DNA of 64,000 nucleotides from a candidate division WS6 bacterium GW2011_GWF2_39_15 (GCA_000993565.1 LBWK01000002.1:4121-68120); one strand, 5' to 3'. Numbered from the stretch's first letter, positions 9,193-17,567 are shown. Numbers and translations: made by a program. Notes: generated by a model not told the origin, from the letters alone.

Positions 9193-10863
9193 TTAAATGA
9201 TCACAGGTAATATTATCGGCTCTCTTTCAGTCTTTTTTCTTATATATCTGGCGATGTTTCTCTCCAATTCATCATAAAGGAGCTGTTCAGTTACTTTTCT
9301 GGAGTTTCTCATCTCCTGCAGCCATTTCCTGTGCACGTCCACAACAATATTCTCAATCTCTTTTAGAAGATTCTGGGAAGTTTTCATGTATACAAATCCT
9401 CTTGAGATAAATCTGGGACGCCCAAGAAGCTGTTTGGTCTTCTGACTAATATTTAAAATAACGCAGAACATACCGTACTGAGAAAGCTGAGCCCTATCTT
9501 TAAGGACTATATCTCCAATGTCACCTACTCCCAGTCCGTCTATAAGTATAGGTTTGGATTCTACCTTGATTCCTCTCTTTACGTTTGAGTTGTTTAATGT
9601 CCAAGTTTGTCCGTCTTCAGTTAATAGAATGTCGTTAGGATTATGTCCCCAATTTATATAGTTCTTTTTGCTCTGGTATCTAAAGGTTAAACTCCCGTGA
9701 ATTGGCATAATATACTTGGGATTAAGCATGCTGTTGAGTATTTTCATATCCTCCTGCAGACCATGGCCGCTTGAGTGTACACTTGCTTCCGCGTTGTTGA
9801 TCAGATCCATCCCCTGTCGAATAAGGAGGTCTGTCATTCTCCCTATCTTCTCTTCGTTACCGGGAACTTCAGATGCTGACATTATTACCAAATCTCCAGG
9901 CTTTCCTTTAATATAGAGGTGTTCTCCAAGTGCAATTCTGTTTAATGCTGCATATCTTTCACCCTGACTTCCTGTGCTTAGTATCATTATCTGATCATCA
10001 GGATAGTTCTTTATCTGTTTTTCTGTAATGAATATGCTGTCGTTAACATCTATGTACTTGTAGTATCGTGCCACTCTCATTGTTGTGTGCAGGCTTCGCC
10101 CGGATAGAACCACCTTTCTGTTGGTTTCCTGTGCAATTTTGATCATAGAGGCAAGTCGGGTTACAAGTGAAGCAAATGCCGCTACTATAATTCTTCCTTT
10201 ATGTTTCTGGATTATTTCTCTGGTTGTCTGTACTGCGGTTTGTTCGGGGAGAGCTCTTCCTTCTCTATATACGTTTGTACTGTCATAGAGTGCAAGGTCA
10301 ACCTTCCCTTTTATACTGTTTAAGGCCTCTATGTCCATTAACTCCTCGTCTATCTTGTAGTCTCCTGAGAAGAATATTGACCCTTCCGGAGATTTTACAA
10401 ATATCGAGAATGAATCGGGGATGCTGTGGGTTGTAGTTATGTACTGTATATCAAAGTCTCCAAGCTTGAATTGAGTCGTGTCTTTAATTTCTACAAACTT
10501 GACTCGTCTATCCAGTCCTTTTTCAATGAGCTTTTCCTTCATTATTGCTATAGCGAACGGTCCTGCATATATAGGAGGGAACCCTAAATCCTCAATAATG
10601 TATGGAATCGCCCCTATGTGATCCAAGTGTCCATGGGTTATGAGAATAGCTTTGATATTCTTTCTTTTTGCTTTTAGCTCTTTGATACTTGGAATGAGGT
10701 AATCAATGCCGTACATTTCTTGACCGGGGAATGAAAATCCTGCGTCTATAACCAGTATTTGATTATTGTATTCAATATAATTACAGTTTCTTCCACCTGT
10801 TTCGTTTGTACCAGAAAGGGTACAGAGGGTTAAGCCTCCATCTTTTCGTTTAAAATAATTCAT
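9193..10863 (-). CDS. rnj: Ribonuclease J (metallo-beta-lactamase/beta-CASP RNase)
   Basis: 'ILITHGHLDHIGA' HxHxDH motif; beta-CASP and C-terminal domain; 556 aa. Confidence 0.85.
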   Translation of the reverse strand: MNYFKRKDGGLTLCTLSGTNETGGRNCNYIEYNNQILVIDAGFSFPGQEMYGIDYLIPSIKELKAKRKNIKAILITHGHLDHIGAIPYIIEDLGFPPIYAGPFAIAIMKEKLIEKGLDRRVKFVEIKDTTQFKLGDFDIQYITTTHSIPDSFSIFVKSPEGSIFFSGDYKIDEELMDIEALNSIKGKVDLALYDSTNVYREGRALPEQTAVQTTREIIQKHKGRIIVAAFASLVTRLASMIKIAQETNRKVVLSGRSLHTTMRVARYYKYIDVNDSIFITEKQIKNYPDDQIMILSTGSQGERYAALNRIALGEHLYIKGKPGDLVIMSASEVPGNEEKIGRMTDLLIRQGMDLINNAEASVHSSGHGLQEDMKILNSMLNPKYIMPIHGSLTFRYQSKKNYINWGHNPNDILLTEDGQTWTLNNSNVKRGIKVESKPILIDGLGVGDIGDIVLKDRAQLSQYGMFCVILNISQKTKQLLGRPRFISRGFVYMKTSQNLLKEIENIVVDVHRKWLQEMRNSRKVTEQLLYDELERNIARYIRKKTEREPIILPVII

Positions 10864-10907
10864 GGGAGTATTATAGCATTAAAAGAGTCTCTATAAAGTC
10901 TCAACTA

Positions 10908-11480
10908 TTATTTATTACCAATCGTAATAAGGAATTTTATTATCTGCAGCAGGGTTGTTTTGTATTTTCCTACCTCATATTGTTCTCTTAGATTTTTGAA
11001 TTGTTGAGGTTTGTCGGAGGTATTTTGATATACAAGACGCTTTAATAATTGGGCAACTATTTTAGAGTGATCAGGATTTCCCTTGAAACTCCACCCCATG
11101 ACTTCTATAAAGTCCATAAGTCCTAGATAATGTCCTTCATTAATTTGCTCAATAGCTTGACTACCGTTGGCAACAAATTGCTCCGAATACAAAATAGTTT
11201 CGGCAGGATTAAAAGGTATGTATACCCAAAAGTGAGTTTTATTATTAAAGCCCAATTTATCAACATAGTTAGTGGTTGCACGGTCTTGTTTAGTAGCAAA
11301 TACTAAAGTTCCCAAATACTGACCTTGAGAAATATTTGCTATTTGTTCTATTCTAAGACCTTTGCCAGCGGTTCTAGATATACTATCGGCATTTTCACCT
11401 ATTAGTATTTCCAGATCGTGTTCGTCGAGTACACGTAACTCGTTATCTGAGGGGCCAGTTTTATTATTAAAAAAGCTCAT
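10908..11480 (-). CDS. Hypothetical protein (no recognisable domain)
   Basis: 190-aa ORF, good coding appearance; co-oriented, with 40-50 nt gaps to neighbours. Confidence 0.4.
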   Translation of the reverse strand: MSFFNNKTGPSDNELRVLDEHDLEILIGENADSISRTAGKGLRIEQIANISQGQYLGTLVFATKQDRATTNYVDKLGFNNKTHFWVYIPFNPAETILYSEQFVANGSQAIEQINEGHYLGLMDFIEVMGWSFKGNPDHSKIVAQLLKRLVYQNTSDKPQQFKNLREQYEVGKYKTTLLQIIKFLITIGNK

Positions 11481-11529
11481 ATCGAAGAAATCTTAAAATT
11501 ATTAATTAACATCTCGTATTAGTATCTAA

Positions 11530-12144
11530 TTATGGTTTAGCTGTAAGCCCTAGACTCAAAGCTAAATGAATTAGCCTGACTTGATCATCATGAGAAATTG
11601 TTTTCGGAAGTACATCATGTACTCCCATATATCCCGTTGAATTATCCTTCTTCCCGCTATCCACGAAGTCTGAGAGAATATTTGCAAGCACCAGTAGTAG
11701 TTGATTTATAGATTCTGGTTGTTCAGTGATTCTTCCATGAATTTCTTCTGCCGTATCAAGAACAATTTGGTTTTTATATCTATCAACAAAAGTTAGCTGT
11801 GGGAAGTTAAAGGCCATGGTGGTTAAGTTTCTTTTATGAACCTTCTCTACTGTTGCATCAAAATAATTGGGCATTTGATTAAAATAGAACATCGTAGATC
11901 CGAGTATTTCATTAATGGCGTACTCGCCGGACTTTAAATTCCATACACGATTTTGAAACACCCCACTTGAAAACCCATATGTCTCCCTATAGAAAAGTCC
12001 GAAAACCATATTTGCGAATAGTGTGGTATTAAAGTCATTTAACACCTCAGGCGACTCAGCAAGCTTGACAGCTAGATCAGCTACCTTGTCAGAATTGAAC
12101 CCTTCTCTTATCTTTGCGACATCAAATTGTTTGGTATCTCCCAT
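11530..12144 (-). CDS. Hypothetical protein (no recognisable domain)
   Basis: 204-aa ORF, co-directional with the rnj block. Confidence 0.4.
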   Translation of the reverse strand: MGDTKQFDVAKIREGFNSDKVADLAVKLAESPEVLNDFNTTLFANMVFGLFYRETYGFSSGVFQNRVWNLKSGEYAINEILGSTMFYFNQMPNYFDATVEKVHKRNLTTMAFNFPQLTFVDRYKNQIVLDTAEEIHGRITEQPESINQLLLVLANILSDFVDSGKKDNSTGYMGVHDVLPKTISHDDQVRLIHLALSLGLTAKP

Positions 12145-12209
12145 TATGGTTACTAATTAAATGAATATGCGTATTATAGGCCTATTTATGATATAATCTT
12201 GACATAGAA

Positions 12210-13169
12210 ATGACATATCCAAAAGTTACTGTCAAAAGTGGAAAAGATATTGATTCTATTAACTATCTTCATACTTATGAAGCGGCAAAAGCAGCCTTTT
12301 TTCAGTCCAAAAAGTACATCATTCTCCCCTATATTCCTATGCAGAAAAGAATAGCGGGAAAAACAATATTTCTTCCAAGAATATCTAGAAAAATGGGAGC
12401 CGGTATAAAATATACGGAGTTGATTGACTATATGAAGTTTCCCAAGATCAACGAAAACAAGTATAGGGAATATATAACCCGAAACTTTAAGGCATTCTGG
12501 AAAGACCTCATTAAAATACTGGGAGAAGAAAAACTGTCGCGGATCAAAAATATTGAGGTATGGATAACTCATATAGGATCCGGCGGGCGGGCTTTTACAG
12601 AGATGGGTGATAACAGTAGGATAGTTGTAATTATGAGGAAGGATATGATTCTCCAGCAAATCTTTTCTTTAGTTATAATGGAGGTACTCCCCTATATTGG
12701 CTACAAAGAATCATATACATGGGAAGAGACCACGGCTATAAGAGAATGGCTAGTAGAATCTACTGTCTTGAATAAATACTTCCCTGTGCATACTCCGATG
12801 CTTGATTCACTAAGAGAGAGGAAGCAGCAGGCGAAGTATTTGCTTGATAGTGATAAATATCTTCAAGAAATTGGAATAAAAGGATATGTAAAAATCCTTA
12901 ATAATGAGGTCTTAGTTGATAATACTAAGATTGTATTGGGAGAAAAGGAAACCTTACTTTTCTCCCTTCTGCTTTCTCGGAAGGGTGGTCTGGTTGATTA
13001 CGATATAATATTCAAAGAGGTATGGGGAAGTAATATTGAAAAGTTCTCTTTATATGCAATAACAAAACTTGTTGAGAGAATAAGGAAGAAACTTCTAAAT
13101 GCAGGTATTTCGGAGGATATAATTCATACGTATAAAGGTAAAGGATATTATATTGGTAGCAGTTTTTAA
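12210..13169 (+). CDS. Transcriptional regulator with C-terminal OmpR/PhoB-type winged-helix DNA-binding domain and non-receiver N-terminal domain
   Basis: C-terminus 'LGEKETLLFSLLLSRKGGLVDYDIIFKEVWGSN...LYAITKLVERIRKKLL...IHTYKGKGYYI' matches trans_reg_C. The N-terminal ~200 aa has no Asp-pocket receiver features. Confidence 0.6.
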   Translation: MTYPKVTVKSGKDIDSINYLHTYEAAKAAFFQSKKYIILPYIPMQKRIAGKTIFLPRISRKMGAGIKYTELIDYMKFPKINENKYREYITRNFKAFWKDLIKILGEEKLSRIKNIEVWITHIGSGGRAFTEMGDNSRIVVIMRKDMILQQIFSLVIMEVLPYIGYKESYTWEETTAIREWLVESTVLNKYFPVHTPMLDSLRERKQQAKYLLDSDKYLQEIGIKGYVKILNNEVLVDNTKIVLGEKETLLFSLLLSRKGGLVDYDIIFKEVWGSNIEKFSLYAITKLVERIRKKLLNAGISEDIIHTYKGKGYYIGSSF

Positions 13170-13197
13170 TATAGACTATATCTAGTGAGGAAAGTAT

Positions 13198-13410
13198 ATG
13201 CCAAGGGATAGAATTTTAAAAAGTGTTCCCGAATGGCTCCCAGAAGCCAAGATTTATGCTGAGTTTCAGGAAACTTTCACGCCACCGAGTGCTGCCCGGA
13301 TGTTGTATTTAGCTTTTGAGACTTTGATCAGGTTTTGTAAAGCAAAACGAAAGGATGAGGGCCTACCCTTTGATTTAAGCGAGAAGCATTTGAAACTATT
13401 AAGCGGATAA
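13198..13410 (+). CDS. Small hypothetical protein; reading frame appears to continue in another frame to 13640 (possible frameshifted gene)
   Basis: 70-aa ORF ending at TAA. A second frame opens at 13374 and stays open to TAG at 13640 (FKREAFETIKRIKHELSENHPRLQQYADGDWGMEFLEDERVTTVIVYGLNGAETQDKGIKVRMNENSGQHYELTMFSDNEGFVADYSNY) with no early start codon. Confidence 0.3.
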   Translation: MPRDRILKSVPEWLPEAKIYAEFQETFTPPSAARMLYLAFETLIRFCKAKRKDEGLPFDLSEKHLKLLSG

Positions 13411-13676
13411 AACATGAGCTATCTGAGAATCATCCGAGGCTGCAGCAATATGCGGACGGAGACTGGGGCATGGAGTTTCTTGAAGACGAAAGGGTTACTA
13501 CGGTGATTGTCTACGGTTTAAATGGAGCGGAGACTCAGGATAAAGGGATAAAAGTCAGAATGAATGAGAACAGTGGCCAGCATTATGAACTCACAATGTT
13601 TTCTGACAATGAGGGTTTTGTTGCGGATTATTCAAATTACTAGCAGACTGTTTTCTTTACTGTTTAGAGCCTTTTC

Positions 13677-13685
13677 TGTTATAAT
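13677..13685 (+). promoter_or_regulatory. Extended -10 promoter element (TGTTATAAT) for the valS leader
   Basis: TGn + TATAAT at 13677-13685; about 270 nt upstream of valS ATG. Confidence 0.45.
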
Positions 13686-13692
13686 CTACTCA

Positions 13693-13930
13693 ACCGCTAT
13701 TACGAAGCTTGTCCCTTCGGAGGTTCAGAGAGAGCTGCTAAGCTATCATAGGTTGGCAGGGTAAATACTGACAGAGGGTGAACTGTAAATACACTACCGT
13801 ATATTAAAATGTACGGACTGAGTGGCGCTATTCTTAAATAGTGCTAGAAAAAAGGTGGTACCACGGTATATCCGTCCTTAAATATGTATAAATGATAATA
13901 TTGTTTATATATATTTGCGGACGGTTTTTT
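13693..13930 (+). promoter_or_regulatory. T-box riboswitch leader (tRNA-sensing antiterminator) upstream of valS
   Basis: 13849-13877 AAGG-UGGUACC-ACGG-uauau-CCGU-CCUU forms a canonical antiterminator (A1 helix, 7-nt UGGUACC bulge, A2 helix). The T-box core GGTGGTACCACGG is at 13854-13866. The overlapping CCGUCC (13872-13877) pairs with GGACGG (13919-13924) followed by TTTTTT (13925-13930) as the competing terminator. An AGAGAGAG AG-box is at 13728-13735. A candidate Val specifier GUA at 13761-13763 is followed by AA. Confidence 0.6.
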
Positions 13931-13948
13931 AATTAAATACAAATAATA

Positions 13949-16261
13949 ATGAGAGACAGCAAAGCAGAAAATATGCCAAAAGCTTTTGATTCCAAATCTC
14001 AGGAAGAGAAGATATATAAACTGTGGGAAGAAAGCGGATACTTTAAACCTGAGAATGTAAAGAAATACCTTGAGGAAAGTAATGAGGAAATAAAGAGACC
14101 CTTTGTTATGACCCTTCCCCCTCCTAATGCCAACGGCGATCTGCATATGGGACATACATGCGGGTACTCGTTCCACGATGCAATGGGAAGGTTTAATCGA
14201 ATGACCGGCCACCCTACTCTCTTAATTGCAGGTAAAGATCACGCAGGAATTCAAACGGAAACGGTTTTCACAAAGAAACTTAAAGCTGAAGGGGTTGATA
14301 AGTGGGAGTTAGGGAGAGATGAATTTAGTAAAAGGTGTTATGAATTTTGTTTGAATGCTGCTGATAATGCTAGAAATCAGGAGAAGAGGATTGGTTTAAG
14401 TGCAGATTGGGAGAGGGAGTTTTTCACACTTGATCCAAGACTTACAGCCGTTGTTTATGAGACATTCTTTATGATGTATAAAGACGGCTTGATATATAGG
14501 GATAAGAGAATTATTAATCAGTGCCCTCATTGTAGAACTGCTTTGGCAGATGTTGATACATATCACAAAGAAATGCCCGGTATTTTTGCGTATATAGTCT
14601 ACCCATTTGTTGATGATAAGGATAAAAAGAGAGCAAAAGAGAGATTCGGAGTTGAGGGTATAACCGTTGCTACAACCCGGCCGGAAACAATGCTTGGGGA
14701 TACAGCTGTTGCCGTAAATCCTAAGGATGACAGGTATAGAGAGTTTATCGGGCATAAAGTTCTTCTTCCGATTGCAGATAGAGAGATTCCAATTATTGGA
14801 GAAGATACAGTTGATATTGAGACAGGAACAGGTGCTCTTAAAGTTACACCTGCCCATTCCCCTGTTGATTTTGAAATAGCAAAGAGACATAACCTTCTAA
14901 TCGTCAACGTAATTAATGAAGAAGGAAAAATGTCCGGTGATATACCGGAACGGTTTAAAGGAATGGAGACAATAGAGTGCTCAAAGGCACTTGTTGATGA
15001 GCTGGATAAGCTGGGTTTATTTTTGAAGATTGAAAGAATTAAGCATGAGGTTGCAGTATGTGAGAGATGCGATACTCCAATCCAACCGATTATCTCCAAC
15101 CAGTGGTATGTAAATACTAAACCACTTGCGGAAAAGGCTCTTGATGCTTTAAAAAATGGAGATACAACTGTTATCCCTGAAGGTCAGCAAAAAGCCTTAA
15201 CTTTCTTCTTTGAAAATATTCAACCATGGTGCATTTCAAGACAGTTATGGTGGGGGCATAGAATTCCTATATGGTATAGCGGGAGCAAAGAGCTACATGA
15301 CTGGATGAGGGATAATCCGGGTAAAACGACTCAGGATTTTGAGAAGGAGGTTGGTAAGGAAGCTCATGGAAGTGGAAAGATATTTGCAAGCGTTGAAAAG
15401 CCGGAGGTTGATCCTGATTGGAACAACGAGAAGAGTTTGCTGTTTGAAGAAGAAACAGATGTTTTTGATACCTGGTTTAGTTCAGGTCAATGGCCGTTTT
15501 CAACAACAACTGCAATTAACGGTTTTGACGAGTACTACCCTACCGATGTAATGGTTCATGGAAGAGATATTCTTTTCTGGTGGAGTGCAAGAATGATGAT
15601 GCTTGGTTTGTATCGAACGGGTAAGGCACCATTCCATACAATATTCTTACATGGAATTATAAACGCGCCGGATGGATCGAAAATGTCTAAATCCAGAGGA
15701 AACACTGTTTCCCCTGTTGAGCTATTTGATAAATACGGAGTTGATTCTCTTCGTCTCTGGTACTACTCTGATGCCCTTCCGGGAGCAAATGCTCCACTTC
15801 GAGAGGAGAAGATTAAGGGGAATAGGAACTTTGTTAACAAGATATGGAATGCAAGCAGGTTTGTAATGATGAATATTGATGATAGTGAGATGGAGGGTGT
15901 CAAAAAGAAACTTGAAGAAGGACATTTCGAAGGCGGAAGAGTGAAGATGACTAAGGAACATATAAAAAAGGTTATCAACTATCTTACAAAGCATCAGTAC
16001 AATCTGGGTGCGGAAGAGATAAGGGAGTTCTTCTGGCATGAATACTGTGATAAATGGATAGAAGAGGTAAAGAATGAGATTAAAGAAGAGGAAGTTGGAA
16101 CTGAGAAGAGATTAAATCTTCTTACTGAGCTTGTTTACCTTCTTAAGGAGAATCTAAAGGCCATGCATCCGTTTATTCCTTATATTACTGAATCTGTATG
16201 GCAGGAATTGGTACTGATGGGGTTAGCAGAGGGAATATTGATGATAGAGCAGATTGTCTGA
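13949..16261 (+). CDS. valS: Valyl-tRNA synthetase (compact form lacking C-terminal coiled coil)
   Basis: 'PPPNANGDLHMGH' (HIGH), 'GKDHAGIQTE', 'KMSKSRGN' (KMSKS); 770 aa. Confidence 0.85.
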   Translation: MRDSKAENMPKAFDSKSQEEKIYKLWEESGYFKPENVKKYLEESNEEIKRPFVMTLPPPNANGDLHMGHTCGYSFHDAMGRFNRMTGHPTLLIAGKDHAGIQTETVFTKKLKAEGVDKWELGRDEFSKRCYEFCLNAADNARNQEKRIGLSADWEREFFTLDPRLTAVVYETFFMMYKDGLIYRDKRIINQCPHCRTALADVDTYHKEMPGIFAYIVYPFVDDKDKKRAKERFGVEGITVATTRPETMLGDTAVAVNPKDDRYREFIGHKVLLPIADREIPIIGEDTVDIETGTGALKVTPAHSPVDFEIAKRHNLLIVNVINEEGKMSGDIPERFKGMETIECSKALVDELDKLGLFLKIERIKHEVAVCERCDTPIQPIISNQWYVNTKPLAEKALDALKNGDTTVIPEGQQKALTFFFENIQPWCISRQLWWGHRIPIWYSGSKELHDWMRDNPGKTTQDFEKEVGKEAHGSGKIFASVEKPEVDPDWNNEKSLLFEEETDVFDTWFSSGQWPFSTTTAINGFDEYYPTDVMVHGRDILFWWSARMMMLGLYRTGKAPFHTIFLHGIINAPDGSKMSKSRGNTVSPVELFDKYGVDSLRLWYYSDALPGANAPLREEKIKGNRNFVNKIWNASRFVMMNIDDSEMEGVKKKLEEGHFEGGRVKMTKEHIKKVINYLTKHQYNLGAEEIREFFWHEYCDKWIEEVKNEIKEEEVGTEKRLNLLTELVYLLKENLKAMHPFIPYITESVWQELVLMGLAEGILMIEQIV

Positions 16262-16579
16262 AGTCCGGTTTGTGATGTTACTTACACTTTTCAGGTACTC
16301 TGTAAGAAACCTATTTAACATTAAGTAGCTTTTTTCGTTTTCAATAAGTCTACTTGTTATCTTCATTAGCTCTGTATAATTCGTGTTACTTTCGTCCTTT
16401 TTGATTTCGTCCAAGACATCTTTAGTAATGGATAAATCTAAACATATTTTCAAAACCTCATAATACTTATCTATGAAGTCGTTCTGTATTCTTTCTAAGT
16501 TATCACCCCAGATAGATCGATCTGAAAGGATTAGAAATATCTTCCTTTGTAATTCTTTATTTATCTCCTGATTACTCAT
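16223..16579 (-). CDS. Hypothetical protein
   Basis: 118-aa ORF; 3' end overlaps valS stop convergently by ~39 nt. Confidence 0.3.
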   Translation of the reverse strand: MSNQEINKELQRKIFLILSDRSIWGDNLERIQNDFIDKYYEVLKICLDLSITKDVLDEIKKDESNTNYTELMKITSRLIENEKSYLMLNRFLTEYLKSVSNITNRTSDNLLYHQYSLC

Positions 16580-16598
16580 ATAAATAAACTAAAGTACT

Positions 16599-17138
16599 TT
16601 AAGCTGATTGAGTATTTGTAACCCAATCTTTTGGAACACCAAGAGATCGTGGCTTATTAGATGACTGACCCGTTTGATTATTCCCTACAGTTTTTCCGAG
16701 TAGCCAAGCTAGAATATATTCAATATTAGTCATATTTTGCCCTTTTTCATCCCTGCCCGTCCATCTATCTACAACAAGAGCTCCAACAAATGAAGAAGCT
16801 TTTGCCCCTATCCAAAGTAATCTTGCAAATATTGTTCTAAAGAAACCTCCCTGTGGCACAATGTTGTTTCTGATAAGTTCCCATGTATCTTTCTGCTCAG
16901 GATTTAACTTTCTAGCAGTCTCTTCGATAATTGGTGCGGTATCTTCTTTTATCTGATCAACGATTTTCTGTGTTTCCCCTATTGCGTATGTAGCAGCTGT
17001 CTCGGCAACTGCTTCTGTTGCCCCGTCTTTGACTCCATTGTAGGCCTCTTTAATGCCAAAAAAGTTTGATTCGGAAATCTTTCTTGCAAAGCTTTGTGCA
17101 AATGAACCTGCAAATGTTTTCTTCTTGTCGTCTGGCAT
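16599..17138 (-). CDS. Hypothetical protein with central hydrophobic segment
   Basis: ORF table starts at TTG 17165; first ATG is at 17138 (MPDDKKK...). Hydrophobic 'FFRTIFARLLWIGAKASSFVGALVV'. Confidence 0.35.
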   Translation of the reverse strand: MPDDKKKTFAGSFAQSFARKISESNFFGIKEAYNGVKDGATEAVAETAATYAIGETQKIVDQIKEDTAPIIEETARKLNPEQKDTWELIRNNIVPQGGFFRTIFARLLWIGAKASSFVGALVVDRWTGRDEKGQNMTNIEYILAWLLGKTVGNNQTGQSSNKPRSLGVPKDWVTNTQSA

Positions 17139-17242
17139 ATCTAGTATGTATGATAAGTTATACAAGTATGATTATATACATGGGGCTATAGTATGTCAAG
17201 TTATACTTGTATGATCTGTCCGGTAGTGGTATTATATATAGT

Positions 17243-17365
17243 ATGAATAAAAAGAAATGGAAAAAAGTTGGTAAAATAGCATTAATCCTTGCTCTTGCAG
17301 GTGTCACTACTTATTTAATTTCAAGACAAATGGGTAAAAAGAATGAAGAAAGTAAAAAGAAGTAG
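17243..17365 (+). CDS. Possible 40-aa single-TM micro-protein
   Basis: MNKKKWKKVGKIALILALAGVTTYLISRQMGKKNEESKKK; overlaps next ORF by 23 nt. Confidence 0.25.
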   Translation: MNKKKWKKVGKIALILALAGVTTYLISRQMGKKNEESKKK

Positions 17366-17567
17366 TGTAGTTGAACCTGAATTTTACGGAACTGCTACTG
17401 TCGGAACAAAAGGTCAAATTGTTATCCCAAATGAAGTTAGAAAGAGATATGATATAAAAACAGGTGATAAACTGGTCATTTTTAGTGGTGAGGGCGGTGT
17501 GATAGCAATCATGAAGAGTGATAAACTGAATGATCTTCTTAAAGGAATATCTGCTATTGCAAAGTAG
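17343..17567 (+). CDS. AbrB/MazE/SpoVT-family swapped-hairpin DNA-binding protein
   Basis: 'TVGTKGQIVIPNEVRKRYDIKTGDKLVI' matches the SpoVT/AbrB looped-hinge-helix fold; 74 aa. Confidence 0.55.
   Translation: MKKVKRSSVVEPEFYGTATVGTKGQIVIPNEVRKRYDIKTGDKLVIFSGEGGVIAIMKSDKLNDLLKGISAIAK

Noticed and set aside
12186-12659. 157-aa minus-strand ORF
   Set aside because: It lies entirely inside the longer, motif-bearing wHTH regulator gene on the plus strand and has low-complexity, Phe/Tyr/Ile-rich composition typical of antisense frames in AT-rich DNA.
13564-13764. 66-aa ORF
   Set aside because: It overlaps the predicted promoter and Stem I region of the T-box leader; the RNA explanation is preferred.
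13844-14212. 122-aa minus-strand ORF
   Set aside because: It is antisense to the T-box terminator and the valS 5' end; valS has unambiguous HIGH and KMSKS motifs in the opposite frame.
14396-15099. Two 160-aa-class minus-strand ORFs
   Set aside because: They are antisense to valS; Ser/Ile/Cys-rich shadow frames.
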